Of a stretch of DNA of 64,000 nucleotides, positions 42,583 through 52,682 are shown one piece after another. The notes under the pieces were generated by a model. The model saw nothing but the letters and a program-made list of their open reading frames with translations, was not told where the DNA came from and made no database searches. The DNA is taken from assembly GCA_947627415.1 (NCBI GenBank), contig CANQVU010000001.1, forward strand, positions 28,369 through 92,368, given 5' to 3'. Made by a program: the position numbers and the translations under genes. This DNA is from an uncultured Clostridia bacterium. GTDB taxonomy: Bacteria > Bacillota > Clostridia > TANB77 > CAG-508. Each line of letters opens with the position of its first letter. Position 1 is the first letter of the stretch.

Positions 42583-43198
42583 ATGGAACTAAAACCTATT
42601 ATAATTGGCATAGCAGGTGGTACTGGTTCTCGGTAAGAGTACTCTTGCTGAAAACATAATAAAAGAATTCAAAAATGATATTACTATGATTTCACACGAT
42701 TTTTATTATAAAAATCATCCTGATATTCCATTTGAAGAAAGAGCAAAACTAAATTATGATCATCCAGACTCTATTGATACTAATCTTCTGATTGAACACT
42801 TAAAAGAATTAAAAAAGGGACATTCTATACAAAGACCTGAATATTCATTTGTTGAACATAAAAGATTATCCAAAACTGTTCAAGTTGTTCCTAAAAAAGT
42901 AATTATTTTAGATGGTATATTAATATTTGAAAATAAAGAATTAAGAAATATGATGGATATTAAAATATTTGTTGATACTGATGCTGATATTAGGTTTATA
43001 AGAAGACTTCTTCGTGATGTTGAGCAAAGAGGACGTACTTTAAATTCAGTTGTATCACAATATTGTACAACTGTAAAACCAATGCATGAACAATTTGTAG
43101 AACCAAGCAAAAAATTTGCGGATATAATTGTTCCAGAAGGTGGACATAATGCAGTTGCCTTGAATATGATAATTGAAAAAATCAAAAGTATAATGTAA
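42583..43198 (+). pseudogene. udk: uridine kinase, frame broken once in the Walker A motif
   Basis: MELKPIIIGIAGGTGS|GKSTLAENII..., with the extra C at 42631 (TCT-C-GGT). It is the only plus-strand gene hit. Confidence 0.9.
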
Positions 43199-43254
43199 AT
43201 TTTTAAGTATTCAGTTTTCTATTCTAAAAAATCTATTTTCTATAATAATTTAGG

Positions 43255-43285
43255 AAAAGACATGTATAAATATTATACATGTCTT
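43255..43285. terminator. bidirectional hairpin
   Basis: aaagacatgtataa / ttatacatgtcttt 14-bp perfect stem. Confidence 0.7.
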
Positions 43286-43310
43286 TCATGCGAAAGGCTT
43301 TAACCAGCTG

Positions 43311-43391
43311 TTAGCCAACTGGTACCCTGAAAAAAATAATTATCAATATCATTGCTAATAAAAATATTAGCATTTCTTTAATTTTTTTCAT
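43311..43391 (-). CDS. putative 26-aa hydrophobic peptide
   Basis: MKKIKEMLIFLLAMILIIIFFRVPVG, below the track cut-off. Only a weak RBS (aaagg). Confidence 0.25.
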   Translation of the reverse strand: MKKIKEMLIFLLAMILIIIFFRVPVG

Positions 43392-43469
43392 TTTAAGCTT
43401 TCCTTTCTTTTTTTGTATATATAAAATATACTTATAAAAATTATATCATATTTTTAGTCTTTTATCAAT

Positions 43470-44075
43470 TTATTTACAGTTCATATTATTGTTATTATTC
43501 ATATAAAATTTTTTCTCTGCAAGTTTATCTTGTACTCCACGTAATGCTTCTCCAAATCTTTGGAAGTGAACTACTTCTCTTTCTCTTAAGAAGCGAAGTG
43601 GGTCAATAACATCTTGGTCATCCTTACATAAATCTATTAATTTTTCATAAGTTGCTCTTGCTTTTTGTTCTGCTGCTAAGTCTTCTTGTAAATCTGCAAT
43701 TGGATCACCTTTTACAGCTATTGTTGCTGCATTCCATGGCCATCCGGCTGCTGCTTGAGGGTATACTCCTACCCCATGATCTGTATAATATGCTCCTAAT
43801 CCAGCTTTTTCTAATGTTTCAGCATCTACTCCATCTGTTAATTGATGAACTATAGTTCCAACCATTTCTAAGTGAGCAAGTTCTTCTGTTCCTATATCAT
43901 TTAATATAGCTTTTGCTTTTTGATCTGGCATTCCAAATCTTTGTGATAAATATCTAAGTGATGCAGCAAGTTCTCCATCAGGTCCTCCATATTGTGATAT
44001 TATAAATTTTGCAAGTCTTGGATTTGGACATTTTATATTTATTGGATATTCTAATACCTTATTATAGGTCCACAT
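43470..44075 (-). CDS. cotJC: spore coat protein CotJC (manganese catalase family)
   Basis: MWTYNKVLEYP...GELAASLRYLSQRF...EELAHLEMV di-metal motif. Its start overlaps the cotJB stop (TAATG). Confidence 0.9.
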   Translation of the reverse strand: MWTYNKVLEYPINIKCPNPRLAKFIISQYGGPDGELAASLRYLSQRFGMPDQKAKAILNDIGTEELAHLEMVGTIVHQLTDGVDAETLEKAGLGAYYTDHGVGVYPQAAAGWPWNAATIAVKGDPIADLQEDLAAEQKARATYEKLIDLCKDDQDVIDPLRFLREREVVHFQRFGEALRGVQDKLAEKKFYMNNNNNMNCK

Positions 44076-44398
44076 TAATAATTCCCCCTTTCCCATGGCC
44101 ATGGTTCTTCAAGCCATCTCCATTTATTGCATGGATAGAATATAGTAAGTGGTCCATACATTTTTTGATATTTGTCTTTTAATTCTTTTACTTGTTTGCA
44201 ATATTCTCTATGCATACACAATGCTCTTTGATCTTCAGGATGTGTATCCAAATATAGACCAAGTTCTATAATTGCAAAATCTAAACTTTTTATTTGATCA
44301 ATCATTTCTTGTCTTCTCATATCTCTAGGGCATGAGTTATTATTGTTTGAATCTTTGTGTTTACGATCCATACATTCACATTTATCGTTGTCTAACAT
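44075..44398 (-). CDS. cotJB: spore coat protein CotJB
   Basis: 107 aa with LDFAIIELGLYLDTHPED and WPWE motifs. Confidence 0.88.
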   Translation of the reverse strand: MLDNDKCECMDRKHKDSNNNNSCPRDMRRQEMIDQIKSLDFAIIELGLYLDTHPEDQRALCMHREYCKQVKELKDKYQKMYGPLTIFYPCNKWRWLEEPWPWERGNY

Positions 44399-44748
44399 TT
44401 GTTACACCCCTCTCCTATTTTATTTGCATTTCTAATATATTCAATTTCTTCCATTGACTGTCCTGGCATATATGGACTTACAAGTTCTGGGAATATTGTT
44501 CCCATTTTAAGTCCTACACTAGGAATAAATGTTTTATTCATTGTTTGCCATGGTACATAACTTTGTGCAAACATAGGATTTTTTGGAAATAATTTATCTT
44601 CTTCATCAAATCCACATTCGCATGAATCTTTAATATCCATTATATTTTGTACATCTTCGCAAGTATCATCTATTATATCTTCATCCTTTTTATTGCATGA
44701 ACAATTAGATGAAGAGCAAGATCTTCTTTGCATATAGTTTCTATACAT
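44392..44748 (-). CDS. cotJA: spore coat-associated protein CotJA
   Basis: 118 aa with AQSYVPWQ....F....GL..GTIFPEL, typical of CotJA. It is first in the cotJ operon. Confidence 0.85.
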   Translation of the reverse strand: MYRNYMQRRSCSSSNCSCNKKDEDIIDDTCEDVQNIMDIKDSCECGFDEEDKLFPKNPMFAQSYVPWQTMNKTFIPSVGLKMGTIFPELVSPYMPGQSMEEIEYIRNANKIGEGCNKC

Positions 44749-44903
44749 TTAATTTTCCTCCTTTTTTTGGTATATACTACATTTTATGACTAATACTTTA
44801 AAAATGTGCAAAAGAAAAGTGGCTTTGCCACCTTTTCTTTTCGCCAATTTCAGTTTGCGACTAAAAGGAGCAAATTTTAAAGGCAATAGCAACTACAGCA
44901 TTT

Positions 44904-44938
44904 TATATAATAGGAAAGTTAGACTTTCCTATTATATA
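44904..44938 (-). terminator. terminator hairpin downstream of pyk
   Basis: tatataataggaaagt / actttcctattatata 16-bp stem. Confidence 0.65.
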
Positions 44939-44981
44939 ATAAAAGAGCATCATTTCTGATACTCTTTTCTCATGTTATTTA

Positions 44982-46422
44982 CTAAATTTTAACTATTCCA
45001 CCCATTGAGTTATTTATACTTGCCTCAGCATCTGATAAATCAGCTACAGCTTTTGCACCTCCTGCTATTACAACAGTATCACCTTTTTCTAAAAAGCCTT
45101 CTTTTTTTAAACTATCTATTCCGACATAAACTAATTTATCAATACTTTTTTGATGTGGAAATAATTTAGGTATTATATTCCAACACAGACCTAATTGTCT
45201 ATATGTTCTTTCATTTTCTGTAATCGCAAATATCGGACATTCTGGTCCAAAACTAGATACTGTTCGTGATGTATCTCCTGTTTCAGTATATGCAATTATT
45301 GATTTTGCATTAATATTTGCAGCAGACATACATACAGAATAATTCATGTTAAAATTATAGTCAAATTTTTCTAATTCATAATTTCTATTTTTAAATCTTT
45401 TCCAATACTTTAAAGATTTTTCAATCGTTGTTGCAACTCTATCCATTACTTTAACGCATTCAACTGGATATTCTCCTGTTGCAGTTTCTCCGAGAAAGCA
45501 TTATTGAACTTGTTCCATCATATATAGCATTTGCTATATCACTTACTTCTGCTCTTGTTGGCTTAGAATTAGTTATCATCGATTCTAACATCTGTGTTGC
45601 AGTGATTACTGGTTTACCTTGTGCATATGTTTTCTTTATAAATTGTTTTTGATAGATTGGAACTTCTTCCATTGGTATTTCAACACCTAAGTCTCCTCTT
45701 GCAACCATAATTCCATCTGATACATCTAAAATGGCATCAAAATTATTTATACCTTCTCTGTTTTCTATTTTAGATATAACTTTTATCCCTTCTCCACCAT
45801 TTTCTTTCAATACCTCTTTTATTGCTAAAACATCTTGTGGCTTTCTTACAAAAGAAGCTGCTATATAATCAAATCCTGCTGCTATACCATATTTAATATC
45901 ATCAATATCTTTATCAGTAATACTTGGTAAGTTTAATATTAAATCTGGGACATTTATACTTTTTCTGTTTGTTAAATATCCACCTTGTATAATATCACAA
46001 ACAATATCTTTATCATTAATTTCTTTTACCTTTAATTCAATTGTTCCATCATTTATTAAAATTGTTTTACCTTTTTCAACATCTTTATATAAATCTTTAT
46101 AAGTTATAGATACTTTTGTCTCATCACCTAAGCTATCTTCATTTAATAACGTAAAAGTTTTTCCTGATTCTAATAATACTTTTTGTTTTTTAAATTTTCC
46201 AATTCTTATTTCAGGTCCTTGTGTATCTAGCAAAAGTGGAATAGGTAAACCTAATTCATCTCTTACAGACTTAAATAAATTAATTCTTTCTGCTTGGTCC
46301 TTATAATTTCCATGTGAAAAGTTAATTCTTCCAACATTCATACCTGCTTTCATTAATTCTCTTAATACTTTTGGATCATCTGTAGCTGGTCCTAGAGTAC
46401 ATACTATTTTAGTTTTTCTCAT
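44982..46422 (-). pseudogene. pyk: pyruvate kinase, frame broken once
   Basis: [12 protein letters not shown]... joins as ...DGTSSIMLS|[14 protein letters not shown]... at 45492 (TCT-C-GGA). Confidence 0.92.
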
Positions 46423-46497
46423 AATTAATTTCATCCCTTAATTTTAAAATATTAAACACTTTTATATTATATATTGTTTGTATTCTATTTTGCAATA

Positions 46498-47142
46498 CTA
46501 ATCATAAAATTCTGTTGCTTTTACTATTAATCTTTTTATAGCTCCTGATGTACATGTTATAAGTGTTATTTGCCTTTCTCCGTTTGTTTCTTGAGACAAA
46601 CACTCAGTTTCTTTTGGATAAACCTTGTATATATCATATACTAAATATTCTATTTTATTACCTTTCATATCAGTAATAAATATGCTATCTCCTTTATTTA
46701 ATTTTTTTAAATCCTTAAACATATTCTTATTGTTATAATTATGGCCTGTTATACATAGATTTCCTACTCCATTTATTTTTGGTCCACACAATTTGGTAAC
46801 TGATTTATTAAGTGTTTCTTTGCTAGTTTCTGCTAATATATATGTAACTAAATTAATTTTAGGTATTTCTACTTTTCCTATAACTTCAGTTCCTTCTAAT
46901 TCTGTAGGAAAATCTATTTTTCTTTCAACTTTATTATTTGTTGTAATATTTGTTTCAATACTACCTATTTTATTATTTTCTACATTAATTTCTTCTTGTT
47001 CTTCATATGTTGGAGTACTTTCCATTTGATTATTATTAATTATTTTTATTACTATAAAAGCAATAAAAATAATAGTAATTAACAATATACATATAATTTT
47101 TATATTATCAATCACTATTATTCTACTTTTCAAATCAATCAC
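46498..47142 (-). CDS. sortase family transpeptidase
   Basis: 214 aa from a GTG start, with a TM anchor, catalytic His (LCITGHN) and the TLITC Cys motif. Confidence 0.85.
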   Translation of the reverse strand: MIDLKSRIIVIDNIKIICILLITIIFIAFIVIKIINNNQMESTPTYEEQEEINVENNKIGSIETNITTNNKVERKIDFPTELEGTEVIGKVEIPKINLVTYILAETSKETLNKSVTKLCGPKINGVGNLCITGHNYNNKNMFKDLKKLNKGDSIFITDMKGNKIEYLVYDIYKVYPKETECLSQETNGERQITLITCTSGAIKRLIVKATEFYD

Positions 47143-47225
47143 CTTTATTCTATCAAATATACATTAACTTGAATAACACCGAGCTCATATATAATATGAG
47201 AAATAAATATAAATGGTGATTAATT

Positions 47226-47831
47226 TTATCTTTTTATAAATTTACTTATTACATATATTAAAGCAATTGCTAAAACTATTGCTAATGCATATGTCCAAAT
47301 ACTTATTCCTGTTTGAGGTATTTGTTCAATTGCATTGTTAACAACATTATTACCAGTTGTTGGAGCTTCAAGGACATTTACTGTAAATTGTTCAGAAACA
47401 ATTACTGTATTATCATTTTCTAAATCTATTAAACTTAATTGTGTAACATAAGTGCCTGCTTCCGGATAAGTAATTGTTATTGGTGTTTCGTTTCTAAATG
47501 TTCCTCCTATTTGAAATCCTTCTTGTGGTCCCCAATCTCCACTTTTAGATATGTCAAATCCTTGGCCTTGTTCATCATATGCTATTACTTTAACATCTTC
47601 TGATGGTCCAGATACTTGTTTTGATTCAACACGTACTTTAGAATATGATTTACCTTCTGTTCCTTCTAATACAACAGTAGCATTTTTTGCTTCCCCTGCA
47701 ACAATATTCCCCGAATATACAATGTCAAAATCATAACCACTGGTATTTGGTTCAGAATTTGCTGCATAAATATTAAGTGTAAATACAAGTATAGTTAAAA
47801 TAAAAGTTATTAAAAAAATCCTTTTTTTCAA
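47226..47831 (-). CDS. cell-wall-anchored surface protein with IPQTG sorting signal
   Basis: Has a signal peptide ending YA-AN. The C-terminus is IPQTG followed by a hydrophobic helix and KFIKR. Confidence 0.8.
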   Translation of the reverse strand: MKKRIFLITFILTILVFTLNIYAANSEPNTSGYDFDIVYSGNIVAGEAKNATVVLEGTEGKSYSKVRVESKQVSGPSEDVKVIAYDEQGQGFDISKSGDWGPQEGFQIGGTFRNETPITITYPEAGTYVTQLSLIDLENDNTVIVSEQFTVNVLEAPTTGNNVVNNAIEQIPQTGISIWTYALAIVLAIALIYVISKFIKR

Positions 47832-47901
47832 AATAAAAATCTCCTTTCTATAAATATATAAATATTATATTAAAAAGGAGATTTATTTATGATAAGAAAA
47901 C

Positions 47902-50463
47902 TTAGTTAGTTATCCATTTTACTAAATTTAAATTGCTACTATCTAAAAGCATTTCATGTTTTGGCATTACTCTAAATGTGTAACCATAATTTCCACCTGT
48001 TTTTAATTCTATTTTTGCATTATATGTATATATTTTTTCTTCATCATTCCTACTTACTAAATTCATTGGAATTATACTTATATTTTCTATAGTTCCATTA
48101 TCAAGTATTCTTCCATAATATACTTGTGCTTCGATATTTTCTACACTTATATTAGGTAATTTTACATTACAAGATACTTCTATATTTTTTCCTGCATCCA
48201 TTGAAATATTGTCAAGATTATTGTTTTGAGTAATCTGTATATCATTCCAATTTGAATACAAATCGTCTTTTATTCTATTATATTCAGTAACTAATTCTAA
48301 GTTTTTGAAATATTTATTTGTTAAATTACATAATGGAATATATAACTTATCTGTATAATCCACAATCATCCTTGCCATGCTATAATTACCCCCTGTTGAA
48401 ATTATAGAATTTTTCATATAAGCTATCCATTCCTCAGATATTCCATCTTTTTTGTTATAGTATGCTGGTATTATCTTATTTTCTAAGATAGAATAAATGC
48501 TATCACTATCTGCATTATCTTGCTCTTCATAAGAATAATATTCTGCATTAGTTCCAATTGCCCAACCATTCTTTTGATTATACCCTTCTGCCCACCATCC
48601 ATCTAAAATGCTAAAATTTACAACACCATTTACAGATGCCTTTTCTCCACTTGTTCCAGATGCCTCCATTGGTCTTCTTGGATTATTAAGCCATACATCT
48701 ACTCCTGATATTAGGTGTCTTGCCATATACATATCATATCCTTCGAGTAAAAATATTTTTCCTTTGAATTGTGGCATCATTGATATTTCATGTATTCTTT
48801 TTATTAAATTTTGTCCTTCAATATCCTTAGGGTGTGCCTTTCCTGCAAATATTAACTGTACTGGTCGTGATTCATCATTTAATATTTGTGTTATTCTTTC
48901 TAAATCCTTAAATATTAAAGTTGCTCTCTTGTAGGTTGCAAATCTTCTTGCAAAACCTATTGTTAACGCATTTGGATTTAATTTTGATGTAATTTCTTTA
49001 ATTTCATCATAGTGCATTCCTGAATTTCTTAATCTAGTTGTTACATTTTGTTTTACTAAGTTTAATAATTTCTCTTTTCTTAATTGATGATTATTCCATA
49101 GTTCTTCATCAGGAATATTATTTATTTTTTCCCATGTTTCATTTAAATGTATTTTATCCTGCCAAAAAGGTGTTAAATATTTATTATATAATTCTTTCAA
49201 TGTTGGTGCAAGCCATGTACAAGTATGTACTCCATTTGTTACATATGTGATAGGAGATTCATTTGGTGCAATTTCTGGCCATACATCACCAAACAGCTCT
49301 CTTGAAACTGCTCCATGTAATTTACTTACTCCATTCTTCTTTCCTGCTATTTTTAAGGCAAGTATTCCCATATTAAATGTATTTTTGTTTTCTTCTTTTG
49401 GTTTCATTCCTAATTCTAAAAATTCTTCTTTAGAAAGTCCAAGTGTTTTCCAAAAATCCTTAAAATATATTTCTACTAAATCAGTTGGAAATATATCGTT
49501 TCCTGCTGGTACTGGTGTATGTGTTGTAAATACTGTTTTTGCGGTAACTATATCTCTAGCTATATTGAATGAAACCTTTTTTTCATTCATCACATTTTTT
49601 ATTAATTCTAATACTAAAAAAGATGAATGTCCTTCATTCATGTGATATACGGTTGGATCAAGTCCTAATTCTTTTAATAAGGTTACTCCACCAATTCCTA
49701 AAACAATTTCTTGCTGGATTCTCATTTCTTGGTCTCCGCCATAAAGTCTTAATGTTATTCCTCTATATTCTTCTGAATTCTCTTCTATATCAGAATCTAA
49801 TAAATATAAGCTAATTCTACCTACTGATATTTTCCAAACTTTTAAATATACTTTAGAATTAGGCATTTTAACAGATATAATTAAATCCTCTCCGGTTTCT
49901 TTTTTTACTGGAGATATTGGTAAATTATTTAAATCTATATCTTGGTATTCTGTTTCTTGTATACCTACATTATTTATTTTTTGATGAAAATATCCATTTT
50001 TATATAATAATCCTATTGCAACAAGTGGAAGTCCTAAGTCACTTGAAGATTTTAAGTGGTCTCCTGATAAAATTCCAAGCCCTCCAGAATATATCGGAAG
50101 TATTTCATCTAATCCGTATTCTGCTGAAAAATATGCAATTAAATCATTCTTGTTTTCAGGATATGTTTTATTAAACCACGTATTTTTACTACTCATATAA
50201 CCTTCAAAATTTTCTACATTTTTACTGTATTCTTTTAAGAATTCACTATCTTCAGCTATTGATTCTAGTTTCTCTTGATCCACTTGTTTTAAAAATTTCA
50301 CAGGATTTTTTCCTATCTTCTCCCATAAATCTATATCTATTTTTTTAAACAATCTTAAAAATTCTGTATTCCATGACCACCATAAATTATTTGATATCTC
50401 TGATAGTTTTTCTATTTTTTTAGGTAGTTGTGGATTTACTGTAATCTTATTAAATATGTACAT
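47902..50463 (-). CDS. glgP: alpha-glucan family phosphorylase
   Basis: 853 aa with GGLGILSGDHLKS, and EASGTSGEKA around the PLP lysine. Confidence 0.92.
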   Translation of the reverse strand: MYIFNKITVNPQLPKKIEKLSEISNNLWWSWNTEFLRLFKKIDIDLWEKIGKNPVKFLKQVDQEKLESIAEDSEFLKEYSKNVENFEGYMSSKNTWFNKTYPENKNDLIAYFSAEYGLDEILPIYSGGLGILSGDHLKSSSDLGLPLVAIGLLYKNGYFHQKINNVGIQETEYQDIDLNNLPISPVKKETGEDLIISVKMPNSKVYLKVWKISVGRISLYLLDSDIEENSEEYRGITLRLYGGDQEMRIQQEIVLGIGGVTLLKELGLDPTVYHMNEGHSSFLVLELIKNVMNEKKVSFNIARDIVTAKTVFTTHTPVPAGNDIFPTDLVEIYFKDFWKTLGLSKEEFLELGMKPKEENKNTFNMGILALKIAGKKNGVSKLHGAVSRELFGDVWPEIAPNESPITYVTNGVHTCTWLAPTLKELYNKYLTPFWQDKIHLNETWEKINNIPDEELWNNHQLRKEKLLNLVKQNVTTRLRNSGMHYDEIKEITSKLNPNALTIGFARRFATYKRATLIFKDLERITQILNDESRPVQLIFAGKAHPKDIEGQNLIKRIHEISMMPQFKGKIFLLEGYDMYMARHLISGVDVWLNNPRRPMEASGTSGEKASVNGVVNFSILDGWWAEGYNQKNGWAIGTNAEYYSYEEQDNADSDSIYSILENKIIPAYYNKKDGISEEWIAYMKNSIISTGGNYSMARMIVDYTDKLYIPLCNLTNKYFKNLELVTEYNRIKDDLYSNWNDIQITQNNNLDNISMDAGKNIEVSCNVKLPNISVENIEAQVYYGRILDNGTIENISIIPMNLVSRNDEEKIYTYNAKIELKTGGNYGYTFRVMPKHEMLLDSSNLNLVKWITN

Positions 50464-50591
50464 TTATTCATGTACCTCCTTTGTATATTTAAATGTTTTT
50501 CTTAAGTTTATATCTAAATTCAATATATTATTTATTATCTATTAAAAGAATATCTTTGTCAATGTTAAATATAATAAATTTTATTATTTAA

Positions 50592-51399
50592 TTAATTTTC
50601 TAAGCTTTCTATTGCCCCTATTACTACTGCAAACTGTGCACTTTTAGGTATTATAAATGTTATATTATGTAGGTCTTCTATTTGTTTTAGCATTTTTTTT
50701 ACATTTGGAATCGTCACAATATTTCCTATTAATATAGCTTCTTTTATTGTGTCATTTTTGGTCGCAAATATTGCCATCATTCCTATTATTTCAAATACCA
50801 TATGTAATAGCCCAAGTACTATATCAGCATCTGTTGCATCTTCTGCTAAGTTTCCAAAGTTGGATAGTGTTAAATCATATGGTAATGTATCTATTTTTTC
50901 ATCTGTTCTGTCACAAATTCTTATATCAATTTTAGATAGATCACCTTTTTTAGATATTTCAATTATTTCTTCAAAAGAATCTACATTAGCTAATCTTTTG
51001 CATAGCATAGATAGTGTTCCAGCACCAACTCCGAGTTCCTCCTAAATGTTTTATACCTCCCTTATTTACTCTAATAAGTGCAGTTCCTGTTCCAACACTA
51101 ACTATAAGTCCTTCTTTTTTATTTGCTAAATTTAAACCTCCAGTTGCAATTGCTTCAAATTCTTCTACAGTTTTCATCGGAATATTATATTTATTACTTT
51201 TAAATTTATTTGCTCCAATTCCTGTTACTACTATTTTTTCTATATCACTAATATTTATATTATTAGATTGTAAAAATTCTTCTAATATTTCTTCTGTATT
51301 TCTATTTTTCAAAATTTCACTATTTATTAGCTTTTTTTTATTATATTCAATTATTTTTGTTGTTGTACTTCCTATATCAATTCCTATAATACTCATCAT
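50592..51399 (-). pseudogene. coaW: type II pantothenate kinase, frame broken once
   Basis: SIIGIDIGSTTTK...SVGTGTALIRV...HLGGT|GVGAGTLSMLCKRL..., junction at 51033 (ACT-C-GGA). Collinear with staphylococcal type II PanK. Confidence 0.8.
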
Positions 51400-51415
51400 A
51401 TTTCTCCTCTATAAT

Positions 51416-52591
51416 TTATAATATCACTGGTCCATCTCCTATTTCTACTACATAAAAATCTGCACTATAACCAATTTTATCTTGATATGCTTTCCCTACA
51501 TTTTTTATAAACTCATTCACTTTATCTTTCTTTACTATACTTACTGCACATCCGCCAAATCCTGCTCCAGTCATTCTAGCACCAATTACACCATCTTGCT
51601 TTAAACTTTCTTCTACTAATGTATCTAATTCTTTCCCTGTTACTTCATAATCATCTCTTAATGAGTTATGTGATGCAATCATTAACTCACCTAATAAATC
51701 TATTTTATTATCTTGAAGAGCTTTTACAGCTTTTATTGTTCTTTGATTTTCGTAAACTGCATGTTTGGCTCTTTTTTTCCTATTTTCATCCTTGATAAGA
51801 TGTTTATTTTTTTCAAATTCCTCCTCAGTAAGTTCTCCTAATGATTTTATATTTAAATCTTGTTGTAATTCTTCTAATGCTTTTTCACATTCCGATCTTC
51901 TTTCGTTATATTTAGAATCCCCAAGGCCTCTTTTTTTGTTTGTATTCATTATAACAATTTTTTCATCTTTTAATATTACAGGTGCATATTTATATTTTAA
52001 ATTTGCTGTGTCCAAAAATATTGCACAATCTTTTTTTCCGTTTGCTATTACAAACTGATCCATTATTCCACAATTTACACCTACATATTGATTTTCTGCT
52101 TTCTGTCCAAGCAATGCTAATTTTACCATATCTAAATTAAAATTGAATAAATCTTTTAATACAAAACCTGTTAGTACTTCTATAGAAGCTGATGATGAAA
52201 GTCCTGCTCCATTTGGTATAGTTCCGTTATATAAAATATCAAAGCCTGTATCTATATTATATCCTTCACTTTTTAAAGCCCATATCATAGATTTAGGATA
52301 ATTAATCCAATCTTCTTTTGGGTTATATTTTAATTCATCTATCGTACTCTCTAAAATTCCTAGTTTTTCAAAATTCATTGAATATAATCTTAATTTATTA
52401 TCATTTCTTTTTCTTGCAACTGCATATGTACCCATTGTAAGTGCACATGGAAAAACATGTCCTCCATTATAGTCTGTATGTTCTCCTATTAAATTTACTC
52501 TTCCTGGTGCAAAATACATTCTAATATCTCCATCATTTCCAAATAATTCTACAAATTTAGATTTTATTTTTTCTTCCATTTCTTCCTCCAT
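51416..52591 (-). CDS. galK: galactokinase
   Basis: Carries the GRVNLIGEHTDYNGG and PNGAGLSSSAS GHMP kinase motifs. Confidence 0.95.
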   Translation of the reverse strand: MEEEMEEKIKSKFVELFGNDGDIRMYFAPGRVNLIGEHTDYNGGHVFPCALTMGTYAVARKRNDNKLRLYSMNFEKLGILESTIDELKYNPKEDWINYPKSMIWALKSEGYNIDTGFDILYNGTIPNGAGLSSSASIEVLTGFVLKDLFNFNLDMVKLALLGQKAENQYVGVNCGIMDQFVIANGKKDCAIFLDTANLKYKYAPVILKDEKIVIMNTNKKRGLGDSKYNERRSECEKALEELQQDLNIKSLGELTEEEFEKNKHLIKDENRKKRAKHAVYENQRTIKAVKALQDNKIDLLGELMIASHNSLRDDYEVTGKELDTLVEESLKQDGVIGARMTGAGFGGCAVSIVKKDKVNEFIKNVGKAYQDKIGYSADFYVVEIGDGPVIL

Positions 52592-52682
52592 CTAATAGAC
52601 AAATTATGATTATAAACTTTATAATATTTGCAAAAATATTTTAACATAAAAGTTATTTTTAAATCAACTATTTATTTTAAAT

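Noticed and set aside
47143-47225. A hidden upstream N-terminus for the sortase via the TCG-GTG at about 47172.
   Set aside because: An in-frame TAA lies between it and the sortase GTG start, and no frame combination gives a sensible extension.
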